Of a DNA stretch of 64,000 nucleotides, positions 13,480 through 26,639 are shown in pieces. Positions within the stretch are counted from its first letter, which is position 1. Every line of letters begins with the position of its first letter. This stretch comes from Octopus bimaculoides. Its lineage: Eukaryota. The translations under genes were made by a program, and so were the position numbers. The notes below the pieces were generated by a model, which was given only the letters and a program-made list of their open reading frames with translations, made no database searches and was not told where the DNA came from. The DNA is taken from assembly GCF_001194135.2 (NCBI RefSeq), contig NC_068997.1:40143278-40207277 (forward strand), in the 5' to 3' direction.

Positions 13480-13670
13480 TAGTTGTTATTGCCATCACAC
13501 ACCCTCAGATGATCAAATCAACGGTGTACCAGCCGTGGCTAAACCATTTTTGTATATCAAGGGTTACTTTCACCAACGTACACTTCTTTGTTTAAGACGT
13601 TAGGGGGTGATTTGAGGAATATTCGTTTGCTATTTTTATCACATCTGGTGACTATATCGAGGCTCTCCTG
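13480..13670 (-). mobile_element. Old dispersed repeat, family E, tail-to-tail with the previous copy
   Basis: GGGGTGATTTGAGGAATATTCGTTTGCTATTTTTATC is the reverse complement of the family body; tail GCAATAACAACTAC on the minus strand. Confidence 0.5.
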
Positions 13671-15067
13671 TTACCATTTCAGTTATATCCTTGTGTCATG
13701 CAGTGCTACATACTTAGTACAGTTTGGTAGATGCTTGCCAAAGAAAAACTGAAAATAGAAATATTTCAAAGTGAAATTCTTTACCAAAAATATCAAACTG
13801 TTCCGTGGGAATACTTGAAAGTATAACATAACGCTCTCTACTTTTACTGTGCTTTCAAATTTCACCATCATAATTTATTACATGTTTTCTTTCGTGGAAA
13901 ATTTTATTTATATTTATGCAGTAATTTCATAAACATATTTTGGAAAATTTATAAATTTTTTTAGGTTTGGTTGAATATTTCTACTTATTTTGGGATTTTT
14001 TTTCTTCTAAGAAGAAGAAAGAAAAAAGAAACAATGGATTTGACCAGGTTTAATGATTTCAGTTTTCATGTGGGTTGGGTGTTGGGAAGACTTTTCTAAG
14101 CAACTCAGCATTTCTGGTGATTTCCACATTAGAAGACTTGCAGAGAAAGAGAGAAAAAATTGAATCTCTGAATAACTAAAATCAGCAGCAATGAGAAAAG
14201 AAAGAGATGGAGAGGAAGATAAGGAATAAAGAAATCCACAAATAACAAACAGACAAATAAATAAAGAGAAATCGAAGCGAATAAAAAAAACCCTGTTCCT
14301 TGTCAGAAGTATAAATAATTGAACGAGGAAAAAATGTAATGTAACATACAGCTGTATTTTGCAAATAAAATGAAGGAGAATTTAATTGAAAAAAAAAAAA
14401 TAAGTATGCTAAATAAGAAAGCTATTCACATGGTTGGGGAAAAAATTTAAGAGGAATGAAAATATTTTAAAAAAGTGAAAAACGAGTGAAATTGAGTCGT
14501 AAGAGAGAACGAAAACATAATGAGAATGAAAGTATGCATAACATTGAGTAAGGATTAAGAGAGGGAGAGAAAGTGAGAGGGACAGAGAATGAAGAAAATA
14601 AGGAGGGAGAGATAAAGGGAGTGAAAGAAAGCGAGAAATAGAGAAAGGGGATGGTTTAATTTAGTAAAATCCGAGGTCGCTAGGAATGGGTGCATGTGTG
14701 CTAGAAGAGGTGTAAGTTAAAGAAAAGAATCGTATGTGTGAGAACGTCTGTAAGTTAAAGAAAAGGTGAGGGGCGGTTGAATAAAATGAAATGAAATGAA
14801 AAAATAATTTTACAAAATAGAGCAAAATATAAAATTTTCCATGATTTAATTTCGGTCGGCAGAACGAAGTATTTTTATCTTGGGGCGTACAGGCGACTGC
14901 CAAGAAATAGGGGGCGATGGCGTGACGCAGAACATGCCCTTGAGTAGGGAGTGGGTATAAGACAAACGAGAGAAAGGCGTTACGTATATAACGTACATGT
15001 CTTTGTGTGTGTGCGTGTGTGTGTATACATATATACATACATTACATACATACATACATATATATGT

Positions 15068-15120
<53 letters not shown>

Positions 15121-15293
15121 TATGCCCAGTGTGTATACTTGTATGGAAGTGTGTATTTTTGGTGGAAAGTTGGAGAACCCCAAAGGAGAACCGACTCAAC
15201 GTAATAGGTTGAATGATGCTGTAACAGTGAGGAGACGTAGATTGTTAGATAAGACGGAAGCCAAAAAAGTGACGACAGAATAAACATAATGTA

Positions 15294-15606
15294 GAGGGTG
15301 AGGCCAACAGCTATATTTAAAAAGTTTCATTCTATAAGACAAAAAAAGAATTCTTCAGTGTTGAAAAGAACACTGCTGTGGCGTGAACAAAAATGTCACA
15401 AAAATTAAAGTTGACAGAAATTGGAAGAAATCTCGGAGGAAATGTTAAGGGAGTTGGAACAATTCCTTGGGAATTCTAAACCTACAGCTTCACAATAAAT
15501 TCAGTATTATCATTTCCCGAGAGCTTTAATTTGAAACGCTTAATGTAAAAAATTGATATATTATTCTACAACTGAGAATATTTGATTTCCACTTTCCATT
15601 ACCCTG
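15294..15606. mobile_element. Possible Tc1/pogo-type MITE
   Basis: TA-GAGGGTG ... TACCCTG-TA resembles CAGGGTG termini with a TA TSD. Short and imperfect. Confidence 0.3.
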
Positions 15607-15769
15607 TAACTGTTGCTTCATTAACCTAGTGATATGAAAAATACGTGGTCCAGAACGATTACGAAATGTAGAAAATGAGGTACGTTGGTGCATTTGGGGA
15701 GAAGGATATATGTGATAGTTTGTGCAGGTCTGACATAACGTTGGGCAGCTCTAGCAATAGTTGCAAATT

Positions 15770-15953
15770 CTGACACGGAGTCAGCTGTTTTTGAGTGGCA
15801 GGTAGATGGTAAGTACTTGACTGGTTCTTATTTTATCGACCCTGAAAGGACGAAATGGAAAATCGATATCGGCCGAATTTGAATTCAGAAGGTAAAAAGG
15901 ATAAAATACTTAGCATTTTACCCGACGGTTTAAAGATTCTGCCATCTCACTCC
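15770..15953 (-). mobile_element. tRNA-derived SINE, family B (diverged)
   Basis: CTGGTTCTTATTTTATCGACCCTGAAAGGA...GAATTTGAATTCAGAA, the reverse complement of the family B core. Confidence 0.8.
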
Positions 15954-16534
15954 TTCAACAACTCTAGTAAAAATACAACCGATTATTTTAGCTGCATATG
16001 TTATGAAAGAAGTAGTCATTCCTGATGTAAATGTAGACTACGAGTAACGAAATCATTGTTTACTAACGGACTACAAACACTGAACCTTATGATACACACT
16101 TTCTTTACATTCGAGTGCAATCTGTTTGCGTTATATTACGTGTGTTGCTAGGTGTCAGATTCTTGTCCAGTTAGTGTGCAGTTTGATACTGTTTTAATGA
16201 TGATGTCAGCTGATTAGTTAATTGGAGCTGTTTTCTATGCCATAAACGTTTTTTGCTTTTCCAGTGAATATAAAGGATTTTTTTGAATTCTGAATATTAT
16301 TTGATTCATAATATCAGGACTAAGGAAGGTAGTAGTATACTTACGGAAGCATTTGTTAGATATCGACAGAAAGGTTTTGAATATCATTCTTTCCCTCAAC
16401 GTTTCGTCTGTTACTGAATATAAAAGCAGAAGGATGACTGTGTATGCTTAAAGAAAATTACAAAGAAAGGTAGACAGCATATTGTTTTATACAATACCTA
16501 GCGAACAGTCAACTGTTTGGTGTCTGTTTGTACA

Positions 16535-16582
<48 letters not shown>

Positions 16583-17356
16583 CCTTTCTTTGTATGTATG
16601 TATGTGCAAATGCGTGTAGGCTGGGGCTGAAATTTGTGCGATGCACCTGAAATTTTCGGCAACATAGTACGTGCAACAAACTTACTGAAGTTTTGATCAC
16701 CTTTAATCCGCGAACATTTTGAATGCTGCAAGTCTGTGCATTGGTGTTAAGTAACTATAAAAACATTGCTAGTAGATCAATATAGCATGAAAATTTTAAA
16801 AAAGAAATGTTAAATACCAATATATAGAATGAATATCGTTCAATATAGAACAGATTTTGGAGAATATACCCTACGATGCCGGTTCCATGGAACATGAATA
16901 TGAAGAATTGTAGTGTTGGACGTTATAAATTATGGAGTATCATTTTAACACAAAAGTATATCTGAATTAAATGCTTTTGAAGTAAATGACATTAATGCTT
17001 ATAAGCATTTCTTTGCGATAGAAAAATGGCAAAATTTTTATTGTTGGAACCTGAAATACGTATTTTTCTTTTGCTCTAAGACCTTGCAACTGGTGACACT
17101 TTTGACTGCCAAACTGAGTAATGTATGAATTGTTTGCTACTTTTTTCTGATATTTTAAGTGGAATATTTCAACTTCACCAAGTAATTCATCATCCACTTA
17201 GTACTAATTGAATTCATTCTTCGACTAATGTGCAAAATCGCAAATTGCCCCACCGCAGTTCGATGTTTACGACGAGGATTAGTTCAATGAATTAAATTAT
17301 GAAGTAGCTACTATGATTTTAATGTCAATGATGTTAAACATTATAATTAATAATTT

Positions 17357-17784
17357 AATATTTTCGCTAGGAAAGGCGACGAGCTTGCAGAATCGTCTGA
17401 ATTTCTTTCGTCTTTACGTCCTGACTTCAAATTCTTCCGAGGTCGGCTTTGCTTTTTATCCTTTCGGGGTCGATAAATTAAGTACCAGTTGCATACTGGG
17501 GACAATCTAATTAACTGGCTCCTTCCCCCAAAAATTCGAGCCTTGTGCCTAGGGTAGGAATGAATATTTTCACTAGGGAAGGCGATGAGATGGAAGAATC
17601 GTTAGCACACCTGTCTGAATTTCTTTCGTTTTAACGTTCTGAGTTCAAATTCCGGTGAGGTCGACTTTGCCTTTCATCCTTTCGGGGTCGATAAAATAAG
17701 TACCAGTTGTGAACTGGCGTCGATGTAAATCGACTTACTCCCTCCACTACCCTTTCTAGCTTTGTGCTAAAATTTGAAACCAAT
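17357..17784 (+). mobile_element. Two head-to-tail SINE family B copies (17357-17562, 17563-17784)
   Basis: Each has AAGGCGA(C/T)GAG head, TTCAAATTC B-box-like motif and CCTTTCGGGGTCGATAAA(T/A)TAAGTACCAGTT core. Confidence 0.9.
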
Positions 17785-18714
17785 GTTTTCACTGCGGAAA
17801 TCAAATATGTCCACTCAAAATTTCTTTATCCTTAAATACGGAAAGCAGCAGTTTTATATACCAGTCTCTCTTTTGTTGAGAAATGCCATGCTTGAAACGT
17901 TTTTTATTTTTGTCTTTTTTTTTTAATATATCGAGTTTACTGAAGCAACGTGATATGTAGAAAATACGTAAAATACGTATTCTATCTTTTTTGGTTGATA
18001 ATATTAGATCATTCGTGGAATAACCATAACATTTAATTCCGCAGTTTAATTGCAAAGGCAGTATTGTGTAAGAAGCCCACTAACGCTTGAAACATTTTAC
18101 TATTGCTTACACCACTACTGATATCTTACTAGCAGCTGGGCCGAAAATAAGGCATCTATCAAGAACCGAATTTGAGAAAAAGACATAGAAGCTTTGTACT
18201 GTAATCAATAGCATGGTTTCCTAGTAATCGATAGATTTTGATCATCGCCTGTTCTATATCACATTTCCAGAAGCAACATAAAATGTCGAGCATTGCTGTT
18301 AATTCGACTCAATCCGACCTAATTTACTTGACTTAATAATAGCAAGAGAAAGGTTACAGTGGTTTATGATCAATTGTGCTTTCCCCAATCACAAAGAAAT
18401 ATACGCTAACTTCATACACAGATACACGCAGTATATGTTATACGATATACGACTATACTGCATTTTTTGAAGCTAACATTAGGCTTTAAAAAAATGGTGA
18501 ACTGATCTGTAAAGCTTTTTAATGAGAGGTGTACATATATACATACATGCATGCATGTATCATCTATCCATCCTTTCAGATATATATAGATACATAGATA
18601 CATACATATATATNNNNNNNNNNNNNNNNNNNNNNNNNNNNNNNNNNNNNNNNNNNNNNNNNNNNNNNNNNNNNNNNNNNNNNNATATATACATATATAT
18701 TTAAATTCTGTACG

Positions 18715-19390
18715 ACTCTCTTACTCTTTCTGTTAGTCCCCTTCACACATTCTTCGTTCTTTCCACTTTTCTTTTTCTCACACCCACTCTCTCACATTTC
18801 TTGGCCTTCCCTTCATTCTCATCTTCACTCCTCTTTTATCTCACTCCGTCCCTTTCCTTTTTCTTTTTTTCTCATCTCTCCTTAATTCTTCTATCCTTCT
18901 GCCCATACCTCTCTCCTCTCCTTCTACGTGACTGGTGTTCCGCCGAGCCTGACCTTTCTTTCTTGATTCGACTACCATCCGTGCAACATCTATATTCTTT
19001 CCCATGACTTTCATCTCTTATGTCCCTGCCGCAAGGCTTCACTTCCGCACACGCCAGCTTAATTTAATTCGTCCTTAGTCGAAAGACACCAGTTGTTAAT
19101 GTCCTGTTGTTTGTATTTGTATTCGTGTACCATTTCTCCGTTTTTTTGCGTCCTTCTTTTCGTATGCATTCGCTTGCTTTCTTCCAAGGCATCTAGTGCT
19201 CTTAGCTTAGATTTTCCTGGGGCCGGCCAAATTGGCGCAGTCTTGAGTGTAACCGGCCGAAACTGAAGTTAGAAAACTCCGAATGATCGGTCCTTGTTTT
19301 TTCCTGTCCTTTTTGTATCGTCTAATTCGCCGCATGTTTTGTTGTCACCTGTTACGTTCTTGTTCCATTTTTTGTTTTTTTTCTTTTATA
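18715..19390 (+). mobile_element. Probable PLE 3' UTR / pseudo-LTR fragment
   Basis: Pyrimidine-rich tract (like the one following the PLE endonuclease end at 63964) followed by a decayed hammerhead-like fold at 19210-19278. No ORF support. Confidence 0.4.
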
Positions 19391-19407
19391 TATATATACA
19401 TATATAT

Positions 19408-19448
<41 letters not shown>

Positions 19449-20028
19449 NNNNNNNNNNNNNNNNNNNNNNNNNNNNNNNNNNNNNNNNNNNNNNNNNNNN
19501 NNNNNNNNNNNNNNNNNNNNNNNNNNNNNNNNNNNNNNNNNNNNNNNNNNNNNNNNNNNNNNNNNNNNNNNNNNNNNNNNNNNNNNNNNNNNNNNNNNNN
19601 NNNNNNNNNNNNNNNNNNNNNNNNNNNNNNNNNNNNNNNNNNNNNNNNNNNNNNNNNNNNNNNNNNNNNNNNNNNNNNNNNNNNNNNNNNNNNNNNNNNN
19701 NNNNNNNNNNNNNNNNNNNNNNNNNNNNNNNNNNNNNNNNNNNNNNNNNNNNNNNNNNNNNNNNNNNNNNNNNNNNNNNNNNNNNNNNNNNNNNNNNNNN
19801 NNNNNNNNNNNNNNNNNNNNNNNNAGAGAGAGAGAGAGACAGAGAGAGAGAGAAGTAATGATTATGGCCACTTCAACATGGTTGTTCCGTAGAAACCGAA
19901 GTTACTACCGTTTTTAACCCTAGCAGGACCCCCCCCCCCAACCAGCTGGTTATCAATGCAACCTGCACCCGATATATATTGCAAGTAGAGGAGTGAAACC
20001 CTGCCATGTTCTAGCGACGACGACAAGA

Positions 20029-20077
20029 CCACCAGACCGTCCGGTTTCGAGCTATTTGTGCTCATTCTCGGTGGCGG
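20029..20077 (-). ncRNA. Minimal type I hammerhead ribozyme fold with decayed core
   Basis: Minus strand CCGCCA-CCGAGAA-T-GAGC(ACAAATA)GCTC-GAAA-CCG(GA)CGG-TC-TGGTGG. All three helices pair and there is a GUC triplet; the core deviates from CUGANGA. Confidence 0.65.
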
Positions 20078-20944
20078 ATACCCATCCGCTAGGGATAGCA
20101 GTAGGTCGCTCCAGCTAGCAATATATACATACAGGTATACATGTCTGTATACATTCTTATGAACATACATAAATACGTACATGCATTTATAGAAACATAC
20201 ATACATACATACATACCTGTCCTCGTCTGTTGTTATTTTTTGTATATTCTCCTACATACATACATACATATATACATAGGAGGAATGTCAGTTTTGTAAT
20301 TTATGGAGAATGGCTGCGTATGTGGATGAGGAGCAGCAATTTTCGAAATTGCAATAAGTTCAATCCCCAAGTTACAGCATCTATCTGTAGTCTGACACTT
20401 CCTATGACGGTATTGCTGGGAGATGTTTTTTTTTTTATAAGAAGCTTCAACTTTTTGCTAGCTTTGTTCATTGAAATCTTAGAAAAACTTTGTTCCTCGC
20501 ATCTTAATTCTTTGATACCGGAACACACAAATTCTTTCATATAATATAATCCATTCTATTTTTTTACTAATTCAAATCATAATTCCAACACGATATGATT
20601 AGCATGTTATGATTTTTGATTCCTAGACAGTTTCATTACTAGTGGACTTGTAAAGGTTACATCAAACGGTTATATTGACTTCATGTCTAGGTTATCACAA
20701 TAATTCATGTAGTTTGACCTGCAAAACTTGCATTTCACTACACTATAAATAGCTCACCAGTGAAATCGAGTTGGTGTCCTCCAAACAGTCTAAGACAATA
20801 TTTTCTGTATGAAATATAAAAATAACTACTGCTTCATTGAAGAACACAAGTTTAAAAAATATTAGTGTTGTCGTTTCATATCAGGTTTATGCACACATGC
20901 GCGCGCGAATACACAGATATATACGCAAAAACATATCCGTGTTT

Positions 20945-21135
20945 GAGTAGGTGTGTTCTTTGTCGTCTAACCTAGTTCAATATTGAATGAGCAGATTAAT
21001 GATCAACAGACTTTCCAGATATAACCAGCTCAACATCCCTGAGAGATAGGAAAACGACTTTCACATTTAGACAATGTTTTCTTCTTTATAGACGCTGGGT
21101 TTGGATTTAGAGAAAATTTGGCTGCTTTTCCTAAC
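20945..21135 (-). mobile_element. Old dispersed repeat, family E
   Basis: GGATTTAGAGAAAATTTGGCTGCTTTTCCTAAC and upstream body match the family. Confidence 0.45.
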
Positions 21136-21749
21136 CCACTGGTGTGACACCGAAGAATCAAAATTATGTGTTTGTATGTAACATGGCAATATTCTGTGAT
21201 ACATTAATCACTGTGTGAAATTTACTAATGGCACATAATTTAAATATTGCCTTAGCCCGTGATGAATAGAATCCCCTTCTAGGTAGAACAACGGCTCATC
21301 ACCAGTTGCTCCGATTGCTATTTTGAAGTAGCATGAGAATACGTACAAGAATCTTTAGCATAACAACATTTATATTTGGGTTCCAATATATGAATAAATA
21401 CAGCAAAATGAGTAACGTGATGGGCTGATGGTTTATCTCTCAAAATTTATAAAATAACACTCCTAAGTTAAGTTGGTTCCTTCTGGCTGGTGATGCTGCT
21501 ATCATTGCCGATCAGTTTGTACCTCTGCATGTCGATGTTTCTTGATCATATGTGAACAGTGAGATATTCCTGAAACACTCGAGAAAAATGACGGACTACT
21601 GGTCTGACAGAATCGGTGTTGTTTCATGTGACGCCTAGAAAACTTCCTGTTAATCGATCTGCCAATAATTGACCGTTTCTCTCCAGCATACAACAATCCA
21701 CCGACTTCGAATTGTGTGAAGTAACTAATGTTCAAGGGGTTGCAGATCA

Positions 21750-22650
21750 ACTGGTCGATGATACATCAATAAGAACTAACTTCCTTGTAAAGGAACATGA
21801 ATTGCAGTGGAAGAGGGAAGAAACAATGAATTCAGGTTAGGTGTAATGTTAAATAAAGTAACTATGGAAGGTAATTAGTCATACAAATTGTGGTCACAAA
21901 GAAAGAAAGGGAGATAAATAGCGTTCTATGAAGATACTCGGAAATTGGGGTGTCAGACTCATGGAGGCGAAAGTTCCGTGGATACAACGTGGCAAGATGC
22001 TTGGTGAGGAGAAAGACAATGCGGTTAATGGTGGGGTGGATATGAGGCAGAAGAGCAAAATCGTGGGTGTGACAGTAAGCAGCATCAGCAGTGTGTTGAT
22101 GAGGTGGGGAGCGATATTTTATAAAGTTGTGCATCATTGAATCATGCAGTTCAACTGAGTCACAAATGCTGGAGTCTCAGCTACAATGGAGACGAAAACA
22201 GGAATTACAAGAAAGAAATAGTAAATATAGTAAATTTTGTTTACATGACGAGCGACGAGGTGAAGTTGATGTAAAAGTGGGAGTTTATACGAACGACGGA
22301 CATCGAAAATTTTTGAGGACGAGAAGAAACGAAGGTATATAAGATATTGACAAAGGTGATGGATATGCCTCAGGTAGAATGGAAGGAGTCAACGAAAAAG
22401 ATGTTAGCTATTTACATTAATAAAGAGTTTGATGATTTTGGTGGCTATCCTGGTAACCACAGACACACCAGTAACAATCAGACAAAAGTGACCGACAGAG
22501 CACAAAGCAGTCAAGCGTGAGGCGGAAGGGAGTAGAGGTGCTGGGTTCAAGCCTGGTACCAAGGTCAAGAAAGCGTTTCAAAACTATCAGATCATCACTG
22601 AGTGATGATAGTATAGTTGAACATCATATCCATAGGGAAAATAAGCTGGA
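21750..22650 (-). mobile_element. Possible very old LINE 3' remnant
   Basis: Non-microsatellite, GC-richer block whose minus strand loosely resembles Jockey/I-group 3' ends. No intact motif recovered. Confidence 0.25.
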
Positions 22651-22713
22651 GAGAGAGGGGGACAGGAAGACGAGAGAGGAGGCCGGAGAGGATATACAGA
22701 GAAGGAGAGGAAT

Positions 22714-22801
22714 AGACAGACAGTTTGTTAGACAGACAGTTTGTTAGACAGACAGTTTGTTAGACAAACAGTTTGTTAGACAGACAGACAGACAGACAGA
22801 C

Positions 22802-22838
<37 letters not shown>
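22714..22838. repeat. 16-bp minisatellite (AGACAGACAGTTTGTT)x4 grading into (GACA)n/(GATA)n
   Basis: Units at 22714, 22730, 22746, 22762. Confidence 0.9.
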
Positions 22839-22964
22839 TCAAAAAATAAGCAACACGGATTTCAAAGGTGATTGCAGTACGCACGTTTCATGCTACTTCA
22901 ATACGATATACGGGTGCCTACGCATAAGTACCATATTCAACCTTGAATCTATATCTAAACCGTC

Positions 22965-23083
22965 TAGATAGATAGATAGATAGATAGGTAGGTAGGTAGG
23001 TAGGTAGATAGATAAATATACAGACAGACAGACAGACAGACAGATAGATAGATAGATAGATAGATAGGTAGATAGAGAGATAG

Positions 23084-23120
<37 letters not shown>

Positions 23121-23162
23121 TAGAGAGAGGGAGAAAGAGAGAGAGATAAAGAGAGGGAGAGA
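22965..23162. repeat. Compound (GATA)n/(GGTA)n/(GACA)n/(GA)n microsatellite
   Basis: Direct reading. Confidence 0.9.
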
Positions 23163-23536
23163 CATCTATATGGTTACAAATAAATTTATGCTTTATATTT
23201 TGTCTTTCCTTTCTTCATATGCCATATTCTGCCAGAATATCGGCGACGCATTCTTCCACTGCGATGTAGTGGAAGTTTCTTCCCTTAAAGGTAAGCTGCA
23301 CTGTCATCGCATCCCCACAGTTCAACCGATTCTGAGAACAAAAGAAGTGGGAAAAATCCACCTTTACAACTTGACAAACGCTTTATTTTATCGTCTTTGG
23401 AATGTGTAAACCAAAGTTATCCTTGGTGGGACTTGAACTCAGGACATTATGAGGCATTTGCCCAACGCGATTCTGCCAATCAGTTCTATTGTTTAGCCAT
23501 TACATTTTCCACCAACAATATAGGTAAATACGTTAA

Positions 23537-23739
23537 GGCTACGAGGTTGCAGAATCGTTAGGCAGCCGGGCAAAATGCTTAGTGGTATTTTACGTTCTGG
23601 GTTCAAACTCCACCGAGGTCGACTTTGCTTTCATCCTTTCGGGGTCAATAAAATAAGTACCAATTGGCTACTAGCGTCAATGTAATCGACTTAGTCCTCT
23701 GTCGAAATTGCTGGCCTTGTGTCAAAATTTGAAATGAAT
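23537..23739 (+). mobile_element. tRNA-derived SINE, family B
   Basis: GCAGAATCGTTAGGCAGCCGGGCAAAATGCTTAG head, GGTTCAAACTCC, CTTTCATCCTTTCGGGGTCAATAAAATAAGTACC core, AAATTTGAAATGAAT tail. Confidence 0.9.
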
Positions 23740-23971
23740 ATGTGTAAATGCTATAAACTAAGATAGAAAGTATTCTGTTACACGAGTTAATAGTATTTTA
23801 CAAACTTGCACATATTTTCACTTCCATCAAACATTTTCTCATTTAAAGGAAATCTCACTTAAAATATAAACTTTCGTCACCAATGTTGATTCCATTTTTA
23901 TGATCTCAGCGTTATGGCTAATTCTTGCCGTCTTCCTGATTCTAAATCTCAAATATGTGAGAGAATGTGTG

Positions 23972-24028
<57 letters not shown>

Positions 24029-24811
24029 GTGTGTGTGTGTAAAAAAGAAACAAAATGCGAAAGGAAATGAGACAGTGAAATCGATAGATAGAGAGACTAT
24101 GACTGAGGCAGAAATAGAAAGACAGTAATATATAAGAGGGGAGAGCAAGAGGGTGAAAAGTAGAGAGGAAAGAAAAGGGAAAGAGAAAAAGGAAACAGAC
24201 AGAGAGAGACTAAAGAATGATACAATGAAAGAAAGAAGAAAAGGAAATAAAGAAAAAAGAAAGTGAATGAATAAATATATAAAGAGAAAAGAAAGAATAG
24301 ACAAATAAAAGAAGCTCAGTAGTGAAATCTGAATTTCTAAGCATTCTATTCGAGATTTAACTATATTGTTACATCAACTGCATAAGAAATTGGAGAAGAA
24401 TCAAAGTAAAAAACAGAAATAATTAAATATTTCTCAAATTATTTTTTATTGTAAAAACCGAAAGACGAGAAGACTTGTCAAACGATGTCACGTTTTGTAC
24501 TTGATCAAGCAACAACTTTCAACGCTATAACTGCTGTCCTTATAGTTGACTCTAAGTAATAAGAGGGGTTTGTATGAATGTTGGAATAACAATAGAGACC
24601 AGTGCCTCATTGAAAGGTTAGCAATTTACAATTGAATGGCAGCAGAAAACCAGTTCTGGAGACAGCAAGGTTCAGAAAGAACGTCGTGACTGAACACGAC
24701 GAATATATGTCGCGAAGAAGAGACACAGGAAAAAGCAGGCGGACTGTGTGGATGTGGGGGTTTTGAGATTTAAAAAAAAAAGCAAGTCGTTCTTTTTGAA
24801 TTGAGTATGCG

Positions 24812-24857
<46 letters not shown>
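24812..24857. repeat. (ATT)n microsatellite
   Basis: Direct reading. Confidence 0.95.
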
Positions 24858-24859
<2 letters not shown>

Positions 24860-25248
24860 ATATAAGTAATGGTGGGGAAACGACTATCATGAGAATTGAA
24901 AAGAAATTTAAACAGAGATGACATTAGCTAGTAGGAGTAGAATGGTATATGAATAATGAAAGAATGAAAGGAAATGGTGGTGATGCAATAAAATTAGTAG
25001 ATACTTGAATGTGTGATAATATGTAATGACAGACATAATTTAAAGAAATAATACAAATATAAAAATGTATAAAATGTTGTAGGAAATATCTTAAGAACAG
25101 AGAAATAAAGAATAATTTCATAAATTCTCCAGGAATTCAACATTATCCTCGGGAATAGAGATATACTTGGGGACAATAAGAACAACTTTTAATGCTGGTG
25201 TAAAAATGCCTGTAGAGAAATTAGTTACACTATAACGTATGAGACCGA

Positions 25249-25283
<35 letters not shown>

Positions 25284-25989
25284 NNNNNNNNNNNNNNNNN
25301 NNNNNNNNNNNNNNNNNNNNNNNNNNNNNNNNNNNNNNNNNNNNNNNNNNNNNNNNNNNNNNNNNNNNNNNNNNNNNNNNNNNNNNNNNNNNNNNNNNNN
25401 NNNNNNNNNNNNNNNNNNNNNNNNNNNNNNNNNNNNNNNNNNNNNNNNGGGGGTGTATATGTATATATAATTTTATAATATATTTTAAAATGAGGTTTTT
25501 TTAACATATTTTTATATTTATATATATATATATATGTGTGTGTGTGGATGTATATGTGTGTGTGTGTATATGCATGTGTGTGTGTGTATATGTGTTTATG
25601 ACGTGTGAACTTTGCTTCTTTGTGTATGCATACATATACATGTGAGAGTGCACGTGTGTGCGTGCATGAACGTGTGTGCGCGTATGAACGTGTGTGCGTG
25701 TGTGTACGGGCGCACACGCGGATGCCTGTATGTAGGTAATAGCGTTCTTTTTGCTAAACCTTTGAAAATTTTGTTCGTCTTTTGTAATTGTAAAATTTTT
25801 TCGCCATCAACGGTTTGTGTTTTTAAACAGAGTGTATTTTTACTGATGTTATATTTATTCCTGAATGATGTGTAAAGAAATTTTGATTTAAGCATCTTAA
25901 TGAATTCTTCATACTGAAATATATATTGAAGAAGATAAATATGTTCTTTTGAATTTATACGCTTTTGCGTCGTAACTCCTTTATTATTA

Positions 25990-26023
<34 letters not shown>

Positions 26024-26569
26024 CCGTATATCTGGTGTAGGAATACAAAATGATAATAGACATAAATGATAATAGTAGGGAGGAAATTATAGTCACATGT
26101 AGAGAAATCACCGTGTCGTTTGTTGTGAGGGAAGGACAATCACAGGCCATGGCAATCACAGATGCTATGACACAGGTTATGTCAACATGGTTAGAATTCC
26201 AGACGAATGACTGGGAGAAAGAACTGGATGAGATGATTGGTGTAAGGATGGGGTTGGCGAATACAATATATTATTGTTCTTAATGTATGTCTAGGTTATC
26301 TGTGGCTCAAGAAACTTTTCGTACCAAATTCATTTTAACTGTGACCATCTCGTCTTTTTATATATAGATTTATTTGACTTCATTACTTAATATCATTTCT
26401 CTTCTTCAAAGACAATACGATGCGAGTCTTGAAAGAGGCTTCCCTGCCACTATTTCTAGTATGCCGTGAATCAATGTAGAGATTCCGTCACCAGCTGGCA
26501 AAGTCATGTGTTTGTGTATGTATGTGTACATGTATGTATGTATGTACGTATGTATGTATGTATGTATTA

Positions 26570-26639
<70 letters not shown>

